A DNA stretch of 64,000 nt from Chrysomallon squamiferum (GCA_012295275.1 CM022679.1:12648001-12712000), one strand, 5' to 3'; numbered from the stretch's first letter, positions 50,226 through 64,000 are shown. The notes: generated by a model not told the origin, from the letters alone. Numbers and translations: made by a program.

Positions 50226-53200
50226 TCAGTAAATAAAATTCTTTGATGATGTTGTTTTATCCAGGGAGGGGACAACTTCCTCGATGTCACTCTGCAACTT
50301 CTTGTACTCACCACCTCGTGATGTACGTCTACGCTGTCGACTTGACCTGCCTTCCACAATGAAGGCAACTATCTGTAAAGAAAAAAAATATATATATATA
50401 TATAAAATAAAAATTTGTGAAGGTGTAACCTAAAATAATGTGAAAGAATGAAATGCAGTTATATGACATCATAATCTTTGTTAAACTGTAGTCAAAATTA
50501 AAAAGAATACAGCAGTTAGAAGAAAAATCTGTAACAAATTTATAAGATGCTCTGCAATCAAAAGTAATAAGATGTCAAATGAGAATAAAAACTAAAATAT
50601 ACATTCATTATTTATTTGTAATCCCCATGGAACCCCCAAAAAAAAAAAAAAAAAAAACCAAACAATATCAGACATCATGCAGAAATTAAATACCGGAATT
50701 TTATTTAACTTTTAACAAAATAAACAATATTAAGAATAGTTTAACATTCAAAAGGGCTGGAATAGGAAATAATGCATTGGATCTTCAAACACATAAAACT
50801 ACTGATTAACAGTATGCTAATAAAGACAGGACAGAGGACAGATTACATTTTTCAGTAAAAAAACAAAATGTATCCTAACTTGTAAAAAATGTCTCCAGAA
50901 AAGAATTTAATAACAAAACAAACTGAAATAAACAATAAAGTAAATACAAAAGACAACTAATTCACCTTCTGTTTGTTGTGAAAAACTACATAACCCGCTA
51001 TACAAAAGACAACAGCAGTCAGAAAGTAAGCCATGAAGTGCCCGGAACCTGGAGAGTCATCTTCGTAGTTGTAGCCAGATATTTTGTTTGAGTCGCTGTT
51101 CGAGAGATGTACTGACTTATCATCATTCTTGCCAAAGTTAAAATCTTTTGTCCTTTATTCACATGGGGAGGCCTGTTTGGCTTTGTATCTGTTGTAGTGT
51201 GAAAAGAAGAAAGCCAGGAAGACTTTGTCTTTTCTATCTTGTCAGTGGATGCAGAAGGCTTTGTCGCTAACACCTCTGTCTTGTTTTCTGGTGCTGATGC
51301 CTGTGTCTTGTTTTCTGGTGCTGATGCCTGTGTCTTGTTTACCAATGCATTAGTCGTGGAATTAACATACGGATCTTCTTTAGTGATGAGCTGATCTTTG
51401 TTTACTGCTTGTCCTGACTTGTTACTGCTCACAACTGATCCCAGCGTGTTGCTAGCACTATCAAGCGTTTTGTTCATTCCGTCATCAATGGGTCTTCCAG
51501 TAAAGTAGCGTCGTATGTTTGTTTCTCTGTTACCATAATCAGAATTTTTAGGACCTGTCAATGTTTTGAATCCATTTGTGCCTTTGTCAACAGGGAATCC
51601 AGCTGTACCTTTATCAGTAGGGGATCCACTTCTGCCTTTGTCAGTACGGAAGACACCTATACCATTGTCAGCTGGGGATCCACCTGTACCTTTGTCAGCT
51701 GGGTATCCACTTGTGCCTTTGTCAGCTGGGGATCCACCTGTAGCTTTGTCAGCTGGGTATCCACTTGTGCCTTTGTCAGTAGGGGATCCACCTGTACCTT
51801 TGTCAGCTGGGGATCCACCTGTAGCTTTGTCAGCTGGGTATCCACTTGTGCCTTTGTCAGTAGGGGATCCACCTGTACCTTTGTCAGTTGGGGATCCACC
51901 TGTACCTTTGTCAGTAGGGGATCCACCTGTACCTTTGTCAGTAGGGGATACACCCATGCCCGTTTGTCTTGGAAATCCACCTGTACCTTTGTCAGTAGGG
52001 GATCCACCTGTACCTTTGTCAGTAGGGGATCCACCTGTACCTTTGTCAGTAGGGGATCCACCTGTACCTTTGTCAGTAGGGGATCCACCCATGCCCGTGT
52101 GTGTTGGAAATCCACCTGTGTCTGCTGGTAATCTACCTGTGCCACTACCATCTATAGACTGACTGCCATTCAGTGTTTCACCTGTTGCTCCTGCAATAGT
52201 GTATGTTGTTCTATTAATGTGAACCTGTCTATGACCTGTTAATTCTGGCAAACTATCTTTTGTTGTTGTCCTTGTTTTGTTAACATTAACTGAAGTGCTG
52301 TTGTTAGTTTTGTTGCCCATACTCTGTTCAGTGTTGTTTCTCTTTTCATCAACAGATCCATGTTGATGATTATTATTATTCTTATCTGAAATATCAGAAG
52401 TGGTAGGAACAGCTTTGTTATTTCCTTCTAATGTATCTAAAGGCAAATTTCAAACAAAAAGAATAAAACAAGAATAGAATCTCTTCGAAAATAAAACTGG
52501 AGTCTCATATTGCAATCTAACTAGATTTTTGGTTACTATTATTATTATTATTAATTTAATTTATTTTTTGTTTGTTAAATATTTCCTTTCCTTTTATTCC
52601 ATAAATACGCTGTTATAATTGTGTAATTAAAGTTTTAATAACTTTTTTATATTCATAACATTGGTTGAACTGGGTTCAGTTTATTCTTTACCTGAAAGAA
52701 ATCATTTATGATCACTGCTTGTTATTATAAATAATAAAGAGTTAAAGCATTGAAAATGTACACAACCATATTACATCCATTAAAATATTTCTTTTCCATT
52801 TCATCAAGCGCGTGTGTCTATGTTATGTACTACACATTTTAACTTCTCAGGATCAGACCACTGATAAAGTTACAATTAATCAATAAAAGACAATATTATA
52901 CAGTTACACTTACTTTTATCAGAATGACTAAAAAGAATTTCAGTTGTTCCAACCAGTAACGCAGATACGATTGCCAAGTCTTTGTTTTTTGTACGTAACT
53001 CCGTACATTCATTTGCTCTGACAAATTTAACAAACTCAAAAAGTGAACTTTTTGTTCGATTGAATTTCTTTTTCTGACTTTCAAATATTTCACAAACATC
53101 CATCTTCTTTTCTACTAAAGCTAAAAATGTTGTCTGGTTTAAATATTTTTTAGTAAACGAAATGTATTTTTCTTGACATAAAGTTTGTGTCAAGAATGCA

Positions 53201-53442
53201 ATGCTTCTACAAAGACCGTCAACGAATGGTTTACCACTTCCGTTAAAATCCGACATACACGGAGTCAGAGGTGGTTCGCTTCCCAGTAACATAAATGTCG
53301 GTGGATATCCACAGCCTATGGTTTGTGAAAATTTAATACTTTTACTAAATAATTCACTAACATTTTGTGTATCGCTAGATTCACAGAAAGAAAATACTAA
53401 TGTTACAAAAAACACAATTACAATTCGCTTATTGAACGCCAT
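50226..53442 (-). CDS. TGOLN2 (TGN38/46) / C5orf15 (KCT2)-family type I membrane glycoprotein, about 715 aa; exons 53442-52914, 52436-50966 (contains a 1-nt frameshift), 50372-50226
   Basis: Signal peptide MAFNKRIVIVFFVTLVFSFCES, a Cys-containing N-terminal domain and a long Thr/Ser/Asn/Gly-rich stalk. After a frame change it reads YEDDSPGSGHFMAYFLTAVVFCIAGYVVFHNKQK|IVAFIVEGRSSRQRRRTSRGGEYKKLQSDIEEVVPSLDKTTSSKNFIY*. This matches the family signature HF.AY..T......YI..HNK.KI.A...EG.....Y.+L. Splice sites are canonical and phase-compatible. Confidence 0.88.
51577..52116 (-). repeat. Coding 27-bp minisatellite, 20 units, consensus peptide GGSPTDKGT
   Basis: Plus-strand unit GGATCCACCTGTACCTTTGTCAGTAGG. 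Variants include GGFPxxTGM, SGYPADKAT and GGSPADKGT. Confidence 0.95.
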
Positions 53443-54469
53443 GTTGTTGAATTGTTCGTTCCGTTTAATTTCCTCCTATATTGAAACTGAAAGAACCGAT
53501 TCTATTATTCTTTGTATAAATTCCTCCATACGGTTAAAGGAAGCGATAAAACTTAAAATACTTTTTCTAAATGTAATTTTATTGGCTATTAGTGTAATTT
53601 ATCAGTAATGCTTATATTTGAAATGCTTGGATTTTGTTCGAATAATATATATATATATATCACACCTTTATGGTACAAGACTATATTTGCAGAAAGGCCT
53701 ACATAAAGTAAAACATGTTCAGAGTACTTAAAAAATAATTATTATTATAAAGAATACTTACACAAATAATTTACAGAATCTTGTATCAAAGTGAAAATAT
53801 TGTACACTGGTACATACGATGATACATTTAACAAAGAAAAATTGTAATTTTAATGTTAATAAAAGAAGAAGAACAACAAAACAAACCAAAACAAAACAAA
53901 AAATAAATAGATAAAAATACAATAAAATATTTTTAGTTCAGCAGACATTTTGTGTCCTTTTGCTAGATTCTTAACTCAATAAGGTTCTTTTCCTCAAACT
54001 TATATTTGATGTCTTTTGTGAGGTTCTGCTGATTCAAGCCTTGTTGGAACATAAAAATATAGTCTTCATAAAAAGAACTGAAATCATAATTTAAAAAGAT
54101 AACAAAATTCAAAATGTCTCAAATTCAAAATGTCTTTAAAAGCAATATTAATATAACTTTTTATTTTCTTTTTTTTTCAGGAGATATTGCCCTTTAGGTT
54201 TTCTTACAGTGACCCATTATATGCTAACTAGACAGCTGGGTTTTTTGTTTTGTTTGTTTGGTTGTTTTGTTATACAGTGAATAGACAATGTCTGTTTTTT
54301 TATTATTATTATTATTATTAAATATTCTGATATTCTGGTTTATATTAAACTGTAATTTGCCATTAATAGAAATCCCAATGTTTGTCCACATATTTCCTTT
54401 AACTGTTGTAATGACATTTTTCTATCCTGCACTTTTTTTTATTTTTATTTTTATTTATTTTTTGCTTTC

Positions 54470-55169
54470 AGTTGCAAGCCAAGATCTGGCTTATGAGCGA
54501 CCTTCAGATATACTGCTGCTAGTTGGCGCAACAAACAACACAACATCCACCCAGCATCCTGTGTCTCATTCGTTTGCTTTACGTTGTTACCTCACCATGA
54601 AAGCATATCTTTTTATGCAGTATTTTGCAGTATTGGATCCTAAGAAAGTGAGTGCAAAGGACAGTGCAGAGAAGAAGATGTGGATGATGTCCATTGAATT
54701 AAAGATGAAATCATAGAAAAACGTGAGCGAGATGTGCATGCAGTCAACATGACGAGGCAGCACAAGCGAGGTATTTTTAAGATATGTACCATTACTGAAG
54801 CAGAAGGAGTTGATAAAGGCTGTAACTCCAGCCAAAGGGGTTAAAATAATATCTATGCTGTGGACCTCTGTCCATGAAAAGATGGAGAAACCCTAACCCT
54901 GTACACTTTACAAAACCAATTTATTTCTTTATGTTCTCTTTTATTCTGTTTTTTTTTAACAATAATTGTCATTTATACATACATTTTTCTTATTTAAGCA
55001 TTCTATATACACAGTACAAAAAATTGGGTTGGTTGTTGGAGGGTTGGTTGTTGGAGGGGAGGCTGGAATGGATTAATGGTATTCCAGTTAATTTCATTTG
55101 GGAAAATTGATTTGATATATGAGAGCTTGATCACAGAATGAATTAAATTCATAAGTCAAGGCACCTCTG
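54470..55169 (+). mobile_element. Tigger/pogo-family DNA transposon remnant (left end missing, transposase truncated)
   Basis: Broken frame from about 54633 reads DPKKVSAKDSAEKK..MMSIELK/EIIEKRERDVHAVNMTRQHKR...ICT/LKQKELIKAVTPAKGVKIIS, a CENP-B/psq-type HTH N-terminus. Typical right end ...GAATTAAATTCATAAGTCAAGGCACCTCTG followed by TA. Confidence 0.8.
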
Positions 55170-55917
55170 TAGTTTGTTTAAATTAGAAATAGCAACCGCA
55201 GGAAATTGCATTAAAAATGCTGTTTTTGATCTGAAGTTTTCTCAGTCTTAAACATATACATGGGTGTGTCATGTGTGCAGAGAGAGAGACAGAGAGAGTG
55301 GGGGTAGAGGGGGGAGAGAGAGAGAGTGGGGGAGGTTGAATGTATCACTACAATCTGTTTCTTGTGCATATCATATGATGAATGATAGTTATTAATGTTT
55401 GAAGGAAATAAGTAGAACAAGCATACAAAACAAACACATTAAAATTTGATTCTGAATTTATTCAGTAACTGATGGATAGTGTACCATGTAAGTTTGGACA
55501 ATAATACTCTGATGATTATGAAAACAAAAATAATTATGAAAAAAAACAATAAAGCACAATAGAAAGAAAATGTTGTGTATCGTTTTTATATACAAAATAA
55601 TCAGCTTGTAAATCACAATGAAAATACTTTTAAAAAAAATGTATTAATTACAAATCTATATTTCTGTTTTCCATGCTACATAATATGACAAGCATTAATT
55701 TTTATTTATTTATCTTTTTAATTTACTTTGATTACAGTCTCAGCATAATTGTCTGTTTAAAATATTCCAATAATAGAAATATACAATGGTGTTTAAAACA
55801 CAAAGTAACATTAAAGTTACATAAAAGTGAAATAAAATATCTTTTTTGGTAAATAATTGTACTTGCTGAAAATAAAACTAAAAATTCATTTGGTTAATAT
55901 CTATAATTTGTTTCCTG

Positions 55918-55956
<39 letters not shown>

Positions 55957-56239
55957 AATTATTTATGGAATGAAAACAGGACAAAATCTTCTACAACATG
56001 TAAATCATACTATTTTCTGTAGAATAAATAACTGTGAGAATAAAATTCATAAAAATTAAAATGTTCACACATAGCTAAATATTTTATCTTTTAAAAAAAA
56101 ATACAAATGTTAACTAATAGCTTGTTTTCTTAAAAATAAATTTTGTACCATTATCACGTCAGATAAAATATTTTGATCATAATTATGCTCATACTTTTAA
56201 CAAAATGATCTTTACAGGTAACTGCATAAAACTCATATT

Positions 56240-56288
<49 letters not shown>

Positions 56289-57834
56289 CAAGTTTGATCT
56301 TGTTTTCTCTTTATCCCTCATGAAAAAACCCCACTGAAGTGCTGTATTTGTCGTTGCTTTTAAAGGCATGTACATATATCATAAATATTTTAACTTTTAA
56401 AGATTACATGTAGTTATCTAGCTCATAAATGTTAACAAGTTAACAAGTAGATTAATCACACAAAATCAAAAAAAGAAAAAGGAGAGAAAAACCCACAGGT
56501 AGTTATAATACACAAGTCGCATAAAGAACAAAAGAAAAAAAAATAAACATTCTATATACATGGTATAGTATAAGTGTTTATATATTTTATTAAATATGAA
56601 TTGAGCATCTATGATTTTGCACAGATATGTTTAGTGCAGATACAGTTGTGGTATACATAAAATAGAAAACCAAACAATAACAAAAAATGAAAGAATAGAT
56701 GTTTAATATTTTTTTACATATATAATATAAATGTTATATATGTATGTGGTTAAGTTAATAAAATTTCAAAAATTTATGTAGTTTATACAGTTCTGGTTAT
56801 AAAATTCTAAACAAGTTGGAATACCCAATTTAAAAAAAACAAAACAAACATTAATAATAATAATAATAATAGATGTTTATATACACTTTTAAAACTGAAT
56901 GTATCTACAATGTTTTGTATAATTAAGATAATTATTTCTACTTTCTTCCACTTTTTCTACACTATTTTAATTTGACTAATTTTCTAAATTAAATATTTTT
57001 TCATAACTATGAGAAAATATTTGTTTCAAAAACTGATTTCTTTTAAGATTTCAAAATTTTTATTCATAAAACAGAAATTTTTTATAAGATTTTACTGTTT
57101 GTAAAAGTAAATTATTAATAAATTACAATACAAAAATTGTTTTAATTTGTGGTTAACATGTGGTTTTCTGCTCTAAGGAATGTACTGCTTTTTCATTTTC
57201 AAACATTTCTTTTGCTTTTTCTTATTATTAATGTGGTTTTAATATCATCATCATCATCATCAAAATTATTATTATGGTAAAATAACAAGATCAGAAAATT
57301 TTAAAAATAAAATAACAAAATAATACTAATATTATATCTGAGCACATGTGAAAAAATAGAAATACTGAGAATATTTAAAGTTATATCATTTTCCTGTTTT
57401 AAAAACTTTTAGTATAGTTTTCTCATCAAGTTAAAAAAAAAAAAAAAAACATGAGAAATATAACAACTGAGCACTAAAATACAAGATATATTTTGTAAAA
57501 TATTATTAATAGCAAAGTTCATTCAATCTGGAACCTAAGTTAGATCACTTTCAACATTTAATTAGGGAATATGAAAAACACTGATTTTATTTTATGTGAG
57601 AGCATTCATTTTGACTGGTTTGATTTGATTAATCTCTGCAGTAGAATGGGGATTAGTAAAACTTTGACCAAGAAAAAAATAAAATTAGAAATGTGAGCAT
57701 ATGTTAATGTTATCTGTATTTTTTGTTTTTTTATATTGATGGTAAAAGCCACGCAAACATGGCACAATTAAAATGCATATAACTATTATACGGATTTTTA
57801 TATTTAGACAGCAGTTTCTGTACAAATGCTTTGG

Positions 57835-58408
<574 letters not shown>

Positions 58409-60643
58409 GAATACTTTCTGAGAGTTGTTAGTTAATGTAAAACTCACAACAATAAAATATATGGAAAATATTAATTTTGTTCATTTTAACAAGATTTAAA
58501 TAAAATTATAAACTGTGTATAATGAAATAAAGGCCTGTCAAAACCCGAGTGAGTGAACTATCATAAAGATCTGACAGTTACAAATCAGTATCAAGTTGCT
58601 GTATTATTGCAAAGTAAAATGGTGTATTATTATGCACTGTTAAATACAAAAGGAAAACAAAACATTGAGAGATCTTTATGCATCTTGACCCACTAATAAT
58701 CTATCTATCCAATCCACATTTCCTGTAGCTAAATGAATGATTATTTGATAACAGCGTAGCACAGGGAAATAAAAAATAGAAACAATTATAAAGAAGAAAA
58801 TACTTCAGTGAATGGGTGTGTTTTATAAACAATCACAGAACTATTTAATAACAAAACAATTAAGCATAATCATTTAACAGTTTCAAGTTGGTTTGCACAA
58901 ATAACTTTGCATTAAATTATTACAATAGCTGTATGGTAAATATATGATTTTATTCTGAAAGTGTAAAATGCATTATAGACCTATATTTGTATTTCCATAC
59001 CATTATAAACCCTGATTATATTAATAAATATGTACATCTTACAAAATGAAAATATAATCTCTTTCTCAATTTTGATAACAATAAAATCTCAAAAATAAGA
59101 TGTTTATAAATTATATATATATATATATATTTTTAAATAAATTAACTATTTAGAAACTAATATATATATAGATATGAATAAAATTTTAAAAAGTTAGAAT
59201 GAGTTATACATTAAGTATTTTATCCAGTAGATTAATTAATTATTCTTTCTCGAAGGAGTAAAACAGATCTATAGAAATGGAGTCAATTAATACTTCCGTC
59301 TGGTGAAATATATAATACTAAAATTCAGGCAACGTTCTCAGAACACACAAACTACTGTACACTTTCCAACTGTACTAAGGTAACTCTTAATTTCAGAGAC
59401 AAAATAATCAAAACATCTCGTCTTTCTCTTGACAAATCAGCAGAAACAACAAGCTAATAAAATTGTGTGTTAGACAAAAGGGTTGTGTTTCTGGCAACCT
59501 GACAAAGCATTTAATTTTATTCATTATGCTAAAAATATATGCATGCTAAACTTCAGACTGTTTTGATTATCAGTATCTGTATTAAAATAATCAGCACATG
59601 ACAAAAATCATGTTAGATTCAGCTTAAAATTCAGATTGTACTAAACTCCAAATTTTCATTTTTTCATAGATATCATTTGTACAAAATTGGTATTTGACCG
59701 AAAAAAGTAATCTTGAATAGGTCATGTTTTTTTTCAGTATATTAAAGAAAAATTTACAAACTAATCCAGTTTTTAAATTATTATTACTTTTTATTTATTT
59801 ATTTATTTTTTTTTTGAATATACAATATTATGCAAGAAACCAAATTGAAAAATCTCATTTAAGAGGTTATGAAATGCACCAAACCTTTTATTTAAAGGAT
59901 TAAAATTTTAAACAAAACAAAACAAAACAAGTTATTTTTAAATAATTTTTCAGCTGTATCAGCCAAGATAACTATATTCTGATTCTAAAGCCATTTGCTA
60001 AAATACAAAAATGCAGGATTAGAAATTAAATCTGGAAATTATTTTCATTTCATATATCACTTTTACTGACATGAAATATTTTATGTCATTTAAAATCTAT
60101 AACTATACATTAATAAAAAACAAAAACAAAACAACAACAAACAGTCATCATCTAATTTATGCTGGTAGTTAAGATTATGTGGTTTTAGAAAATAATTCCA
60201 GCTAATTTAATGGTTTTGATTTACTAATCTTTGAAAGTCAAAAAATATTTCTACATGATATAAAACTGGTTAAAACCTATGACATAATAAAAGAGAGAGA
60301 GTGAGAGTAAACAAGCATGGGTACATCACTATACAATATAGAAAACTTTCAACAAACAGTAAAATGTAAACCTTTAAGTTTACATTCTTCTCATTCAACA
60401 ATTAATAATGAACAAAAAAAAAAGGAATTAAAACTTGAAAAAAAAAAAAAAAAAATGAAGTGGGCACACAAGGAGTATTACATCACAGATATAAAGCACC
60501 ATGTTAACATTATGGTATAGCAATGGCTACACTTTTGAAATTAGTAAAAGACCCTTTCCATGTGATGGTTTCTCATCACCAGTGTTTTAAAACTAATAAA
60601 TAAATATGTTACTATTTGTATACCAATTTCAGAATTAAAAAAG

Positions 60644-60679
<36 letters not shown>

Positions 60680-61058
60680 CTGGGAGGTATGCTTCAAAGA
60701 ATTTCAACAATAATAATACTTAAGTTACATTATATGTTGTAAAATTTATTAAATTAAAGACTGATCTCTTCCATTCATAATTTTTATGAAAAATCTATGA
60801 GATGTTAATTTACTTAGTTGTTCATCTGATGTTTGTGTCTGTCTAGTAAAATACTGAAACATAATATTTATGAATACCCTGTCTACAGGGTATGTTAGTT
60901 GAAATAACAATCAGTTATTTGATTTCAAACATGCATTCCTTTTCAATGTTATTTCCCATTTTCATTTTGACTAATTTAATACTTAACCCTCTGGTTACTT
61001 TCTTTTAAATTTTATTCATTTATTTCTTATTTTCTTCTTATTATTATTATCATTCTAT

Positions 61059-61089
<31 letters not shown>

Positions 61090-63079
61090 TTATTTATTTT
61101 ATTATTACTGGTATTGTTATTTCATAGTAATAATATCATCATAACAGTATAAAGATATCTTAATGGAAATTAGATAGCTGTATTTTCCAAACAAATATAT
61201 CACCATCACCAAATCAGATATATACACATGACAAAGTTTACACACAAATAAAGTATATGCTGTAGTTATTCCTATTACATATGTCTTAAAAAGTAAATAG
61301 AAATTAAAAGGAGCAAAAACAATATAATTAGACAAAATGGAATAATAAGTAGTAAATGTTTAACAATAATGTAAAAATGAGTAAATAACAAGATATGATT
61401 AAAAATCATCATGAAAAGGGTCTGGTGAATGTAAGTGACAATAATTACAGAATATTCAGTAAACTATAAAACATCTGACTATGTATATATTACACTGCAC
61501 TACATGCATTTGTTAATAACTATGTAGATAAATATAAAAAGAAAACAAAAATCCAGATAATGTACACAATGATTAAAAAGTAAAATAGTTTATATATATA
61601 TATAAATTTAAAAGAGATTCATATTCTTGGTTTGAGTTCAAAACATTGCAAAAAAACTTTTTATGCTAATATGTGTCATTTGTGTATGTGTACATGTGTA
61701 TTTCAATCTTTATAAAATTACTGTAATATAAAACTGGAAGAAAATGTCTGACATGCTTTTAACTAGCCAATTAGCATCATTTCCATTGTCTGAAAAAAAA
61801 AAAAAAAAAAAAATCTTTTGCTGGATTAAATCTGGATTAAATTGTTATAATAAAAAAAAAAGAAGAAAAAAAAAAAATTTCTACAAAATACTGTCTTCAG
61901 ATGATGATATTCATTGTTAATTGTTGGAAAACAGTGGTGTTTGGATCATTGTTGTTTCTAATAACAAAAAAAACAAACAAACAAACAAAGCTAGTCTATT
62001 TAGCAGCCTCAGATCAACAATCTTTTTAACACACGCTATGTACACTAAAATATGATGAGAGCATTTGCTAACCACTTTAACAGTGAATTTTAAATACAGA
62101 TATGTAGCATCTTATATACTAGTACCATATGTATATAAATACAAAATAGTGCTCAAACACAGCAGAATAATATACGACATTCTTGATCTTTTAGAATTAA
62201 CACAGTATTTTAGATCTTCATAAATATTTCTGAACTTTTATGTTTAACAATAGTGGACAATTGTTTTGAACGAAAATAAAATGTTACTATTATTATTATC
62301 ATCATCATTATCATTATTATATTATATGTGTTATGTCCAGTAGTGATTAAATCTTACACAAACATGTATCATCGTTTCTGCTCAATGGTGGATATATGTA
62401 TATAGCACTGTAAAATATTTGTCATCTTTCATGACCATTATATACATAATATGGTTTTATACCTATCTTTAATAATATACAAAAAACAAGAATTACTTTT
62501 CTTACTGGTCTGTATTCTCAGTAAGCTGTAACTATATTTCTTCAAACAGTTGTAGGCTTTTTTCTTGAAAAATCTAAATATTTCTCTGTACTGCATTATT
62601 TAATTTTGATGTTACTTGTAAAGATAATGTGATATATAATTAAATAGAAAAGGTCCCATATGATAAACTATAATCTGCTAGACACTGCACCAAATAATTT
62701 TCAGAGGAAAAAAATGATCTGACAAAGAATATGCTTGTGAGAGTCCAATTCAAATATAAAAACATATATTGTTTAAAGATGAGTTAGAAATATGAGTTGA
62801 TTTCTGACATTTTAAAAATAGTATTAAAAATGTAATAAAGGTTTCAGATTCAGCATTAAACCTATTTGTGCTTGTTATTTTAATTCTCATTAACAAATTT
62901 AATTCCACTTCATGCAGAGATTTAACTTTCTAAAACCAATCTAATCAATTTTTCACTGTTGAAACCTTTTAAAATTATAATGAGATTCTATTTATTCTTG
63001 TATGATAAAAGAACTATCATCAAATTTGAAACTGAGGAATTCTGCAATATTTACCATTAATTTTTTTTTTTTTTTTTAC

Positions 63080-63660
63080 AATTTTCATGTCAAAATAAAT
63101 TGTTAAAAACAATGTATCACTTTAAAGTTATAAATGTTTTTCATGTCAAAATCTGTTTGGTTAATAAAAATATCATTTTTTAAGTTAAAGTTATAATTCT
63201 TTTCAAGTCAAACTCTGTTGGGTTAATAACAATGTATCATTTTTAAGTTAAAGTTATATATTTTTCAAGTCAAAATTTGTTGGGTTAATGTTAGACATTT
63301 TCCAGGCAAAAATACATTTTATACATTTTTCAGAACAAAATCCATTATGGTAGTAAATAAATTTCATTTTTAGGTTAATGTTTACATACTTTTTGGGAAC
63401 AAAATCCATAGTGGTTAATAAAATACAAAGGATAAAGTGTATAATTTTGAAATAACACAATTCATTCAACAAATATGTATAAATGTTTTGGTTAAGGTTT
63501 ATACACTTTTAAGCACAAAATCCTCTTTGTTAGTAAGTGTTTTTTTTCATTTCATTTTCAGGTTAAAATTAAAATACTTTTTAAGAACAAAATCAACTTT
63601 GTTATTAAATAAATATAATTTTTAGGTTAAAATTCATACATTTTTCAGAATTAAATCCGC
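63080..63660. repeat. Degenerate tandem repeat of about 55-60 bp in the PKC 3' region
   Basis: TTTTCA(T/A)GTCAAA...GTTAA...TATCA.TTT...AAGTTATA recurs between about 63080 and 63290. Related, more diverged units (TTTAGGTTAA...ATAC.TTTT...GAACAAAATC) continue to about 63660. Confidence 0.6.
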
Positions 63661-63862
63661 TTTAACAAATATGTAAAGTTTGGCCTTTTTAAATTCTTCT
63701 TTTTTTTTTAGGCCAATATTTATATATTTTCCACTCCATATGTTAACAAATATTTTGTTATCATCTTAAAACAGCTCCAACAGAGGCTGGAGACGTTGTC
63801 TGGTATGCTGTTGGCAAGTGATGCCGATGTTGCTAAAGGGTTGATGGGTGTATGAGGCAGCA

Positions 63863-64000
63863 CTACACAGTGACAACAAACTCGGGGTTTACATAACTGA
63901 AACCAGAGAATTCTGTCTGGTCTAAGTTCATGATAAACAGTTTGTCAGTGGGGGTAAGTTTCGGTGGTTCAGACGTGAACTCCCGGTCAAAGTTGCTAAC
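63863..64000 (-). CDS. Classical (Ca2+-dependent) protein kinase C, end of the last coding exon; the rest of the gene is beyond the window
   Basis: Minus strand reads VSNFDREFTSEPPKLTPTDKLFIMNLDQTEFSGFSYVNPEFVVTV*. This is an AGC C-tail with NFD, turn motif LTP, hydrophobic motif FSGFSY and a terminal VTV. From recall it is close to Aplysia PKC Apl I. Confidence 0.93.
   Translation of the reverse strand, partial: VSNFDREFTSEPPKLTPTDKLFIMNLDQTEFSGFSYVNPEFVVTV

Noticed and set aside
51577-52116. Regularly spaced repeats superficially like a CRISPR array
   Set aside because: Head-to-tail units without unique spacers, inside a eukaryotic exon, with no cas genes.
51566-52162. 198-aa plus-strand ORF (PPVPLSVGD repeats) and 164-aa alternative-frame ORF (QVDPLLTKV repeats)
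   Set aside because: Shadows of the 27-bp coding repeat, whose unit has no stop in these frames. Both end at the array edges.
53201-53608. 135-aa plus-strand ORF
   Set aside because: Antisense to exon 1 of the TGOLN2/KCT2-like gene, with no recognisable features.
63830-63865. Stop-codon readthrough or an alternative beta-I/beta-II-style last exon for PKC
   Set aside because: TAG-T is not a readthrough-prone context, the next stop follows after 9 codons, and no second hydrophobic-motif exon was seen downstream.

Overview
AT-rich, microsatellite-dense, intron-rich animal genomic DNA. It is most likely a mollusc, probably a gastropod: the PKC C-terminus reads like the molluscan classical PKC, and the decayed SINEs resemble gastropod ones (both from recall). 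Seven spliced genes were read by hand from GT-AG boundaries. In order: the 3' end of a core-1 beta-1,3-galactosyltransferase (+), an uncharacterised 332-aa basic protein (-), an uncharacterised 122-aa three-exon protein missed by the ORF track (+), peroxisomal DECR2 (-, 8 exons, ends SKL), lysosomal HGSNAT (+, 17 exons, head-to-head with DECR2), a TGOLN2/C5orf15(KCT2)-family type I membrane protein with a 9-aa tandem repeat (-), and the last exon of a classical protein kinase C (-). Mobile DNA includes a 2.4-kb internally deleted Sola2-type transposon with TIRs and TSD, a hAT MITE, a Tigger remnant and SINE fragments. The main discovery is in HGSNAT. The exon carrying the catalytic histidine is present twice (108 nt each, same phase, divergent) and the terminal exon is present twice (176 nt each). 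Clusters of Rbfox (U)GCAUG motifs are placed so as to switch both pairs together (8a on, 8b off, 17a off). This predicts a coordinated, tissue-specific swap of two active-site-bearing modules, giving two different membrane acetyltransferases from one gene. A candidate 27-nt microexon lies in the same gene. Two single-base frameshifts (HGSNAT exon 16, TGOLN2-like exon 2) are probably assembly errors.
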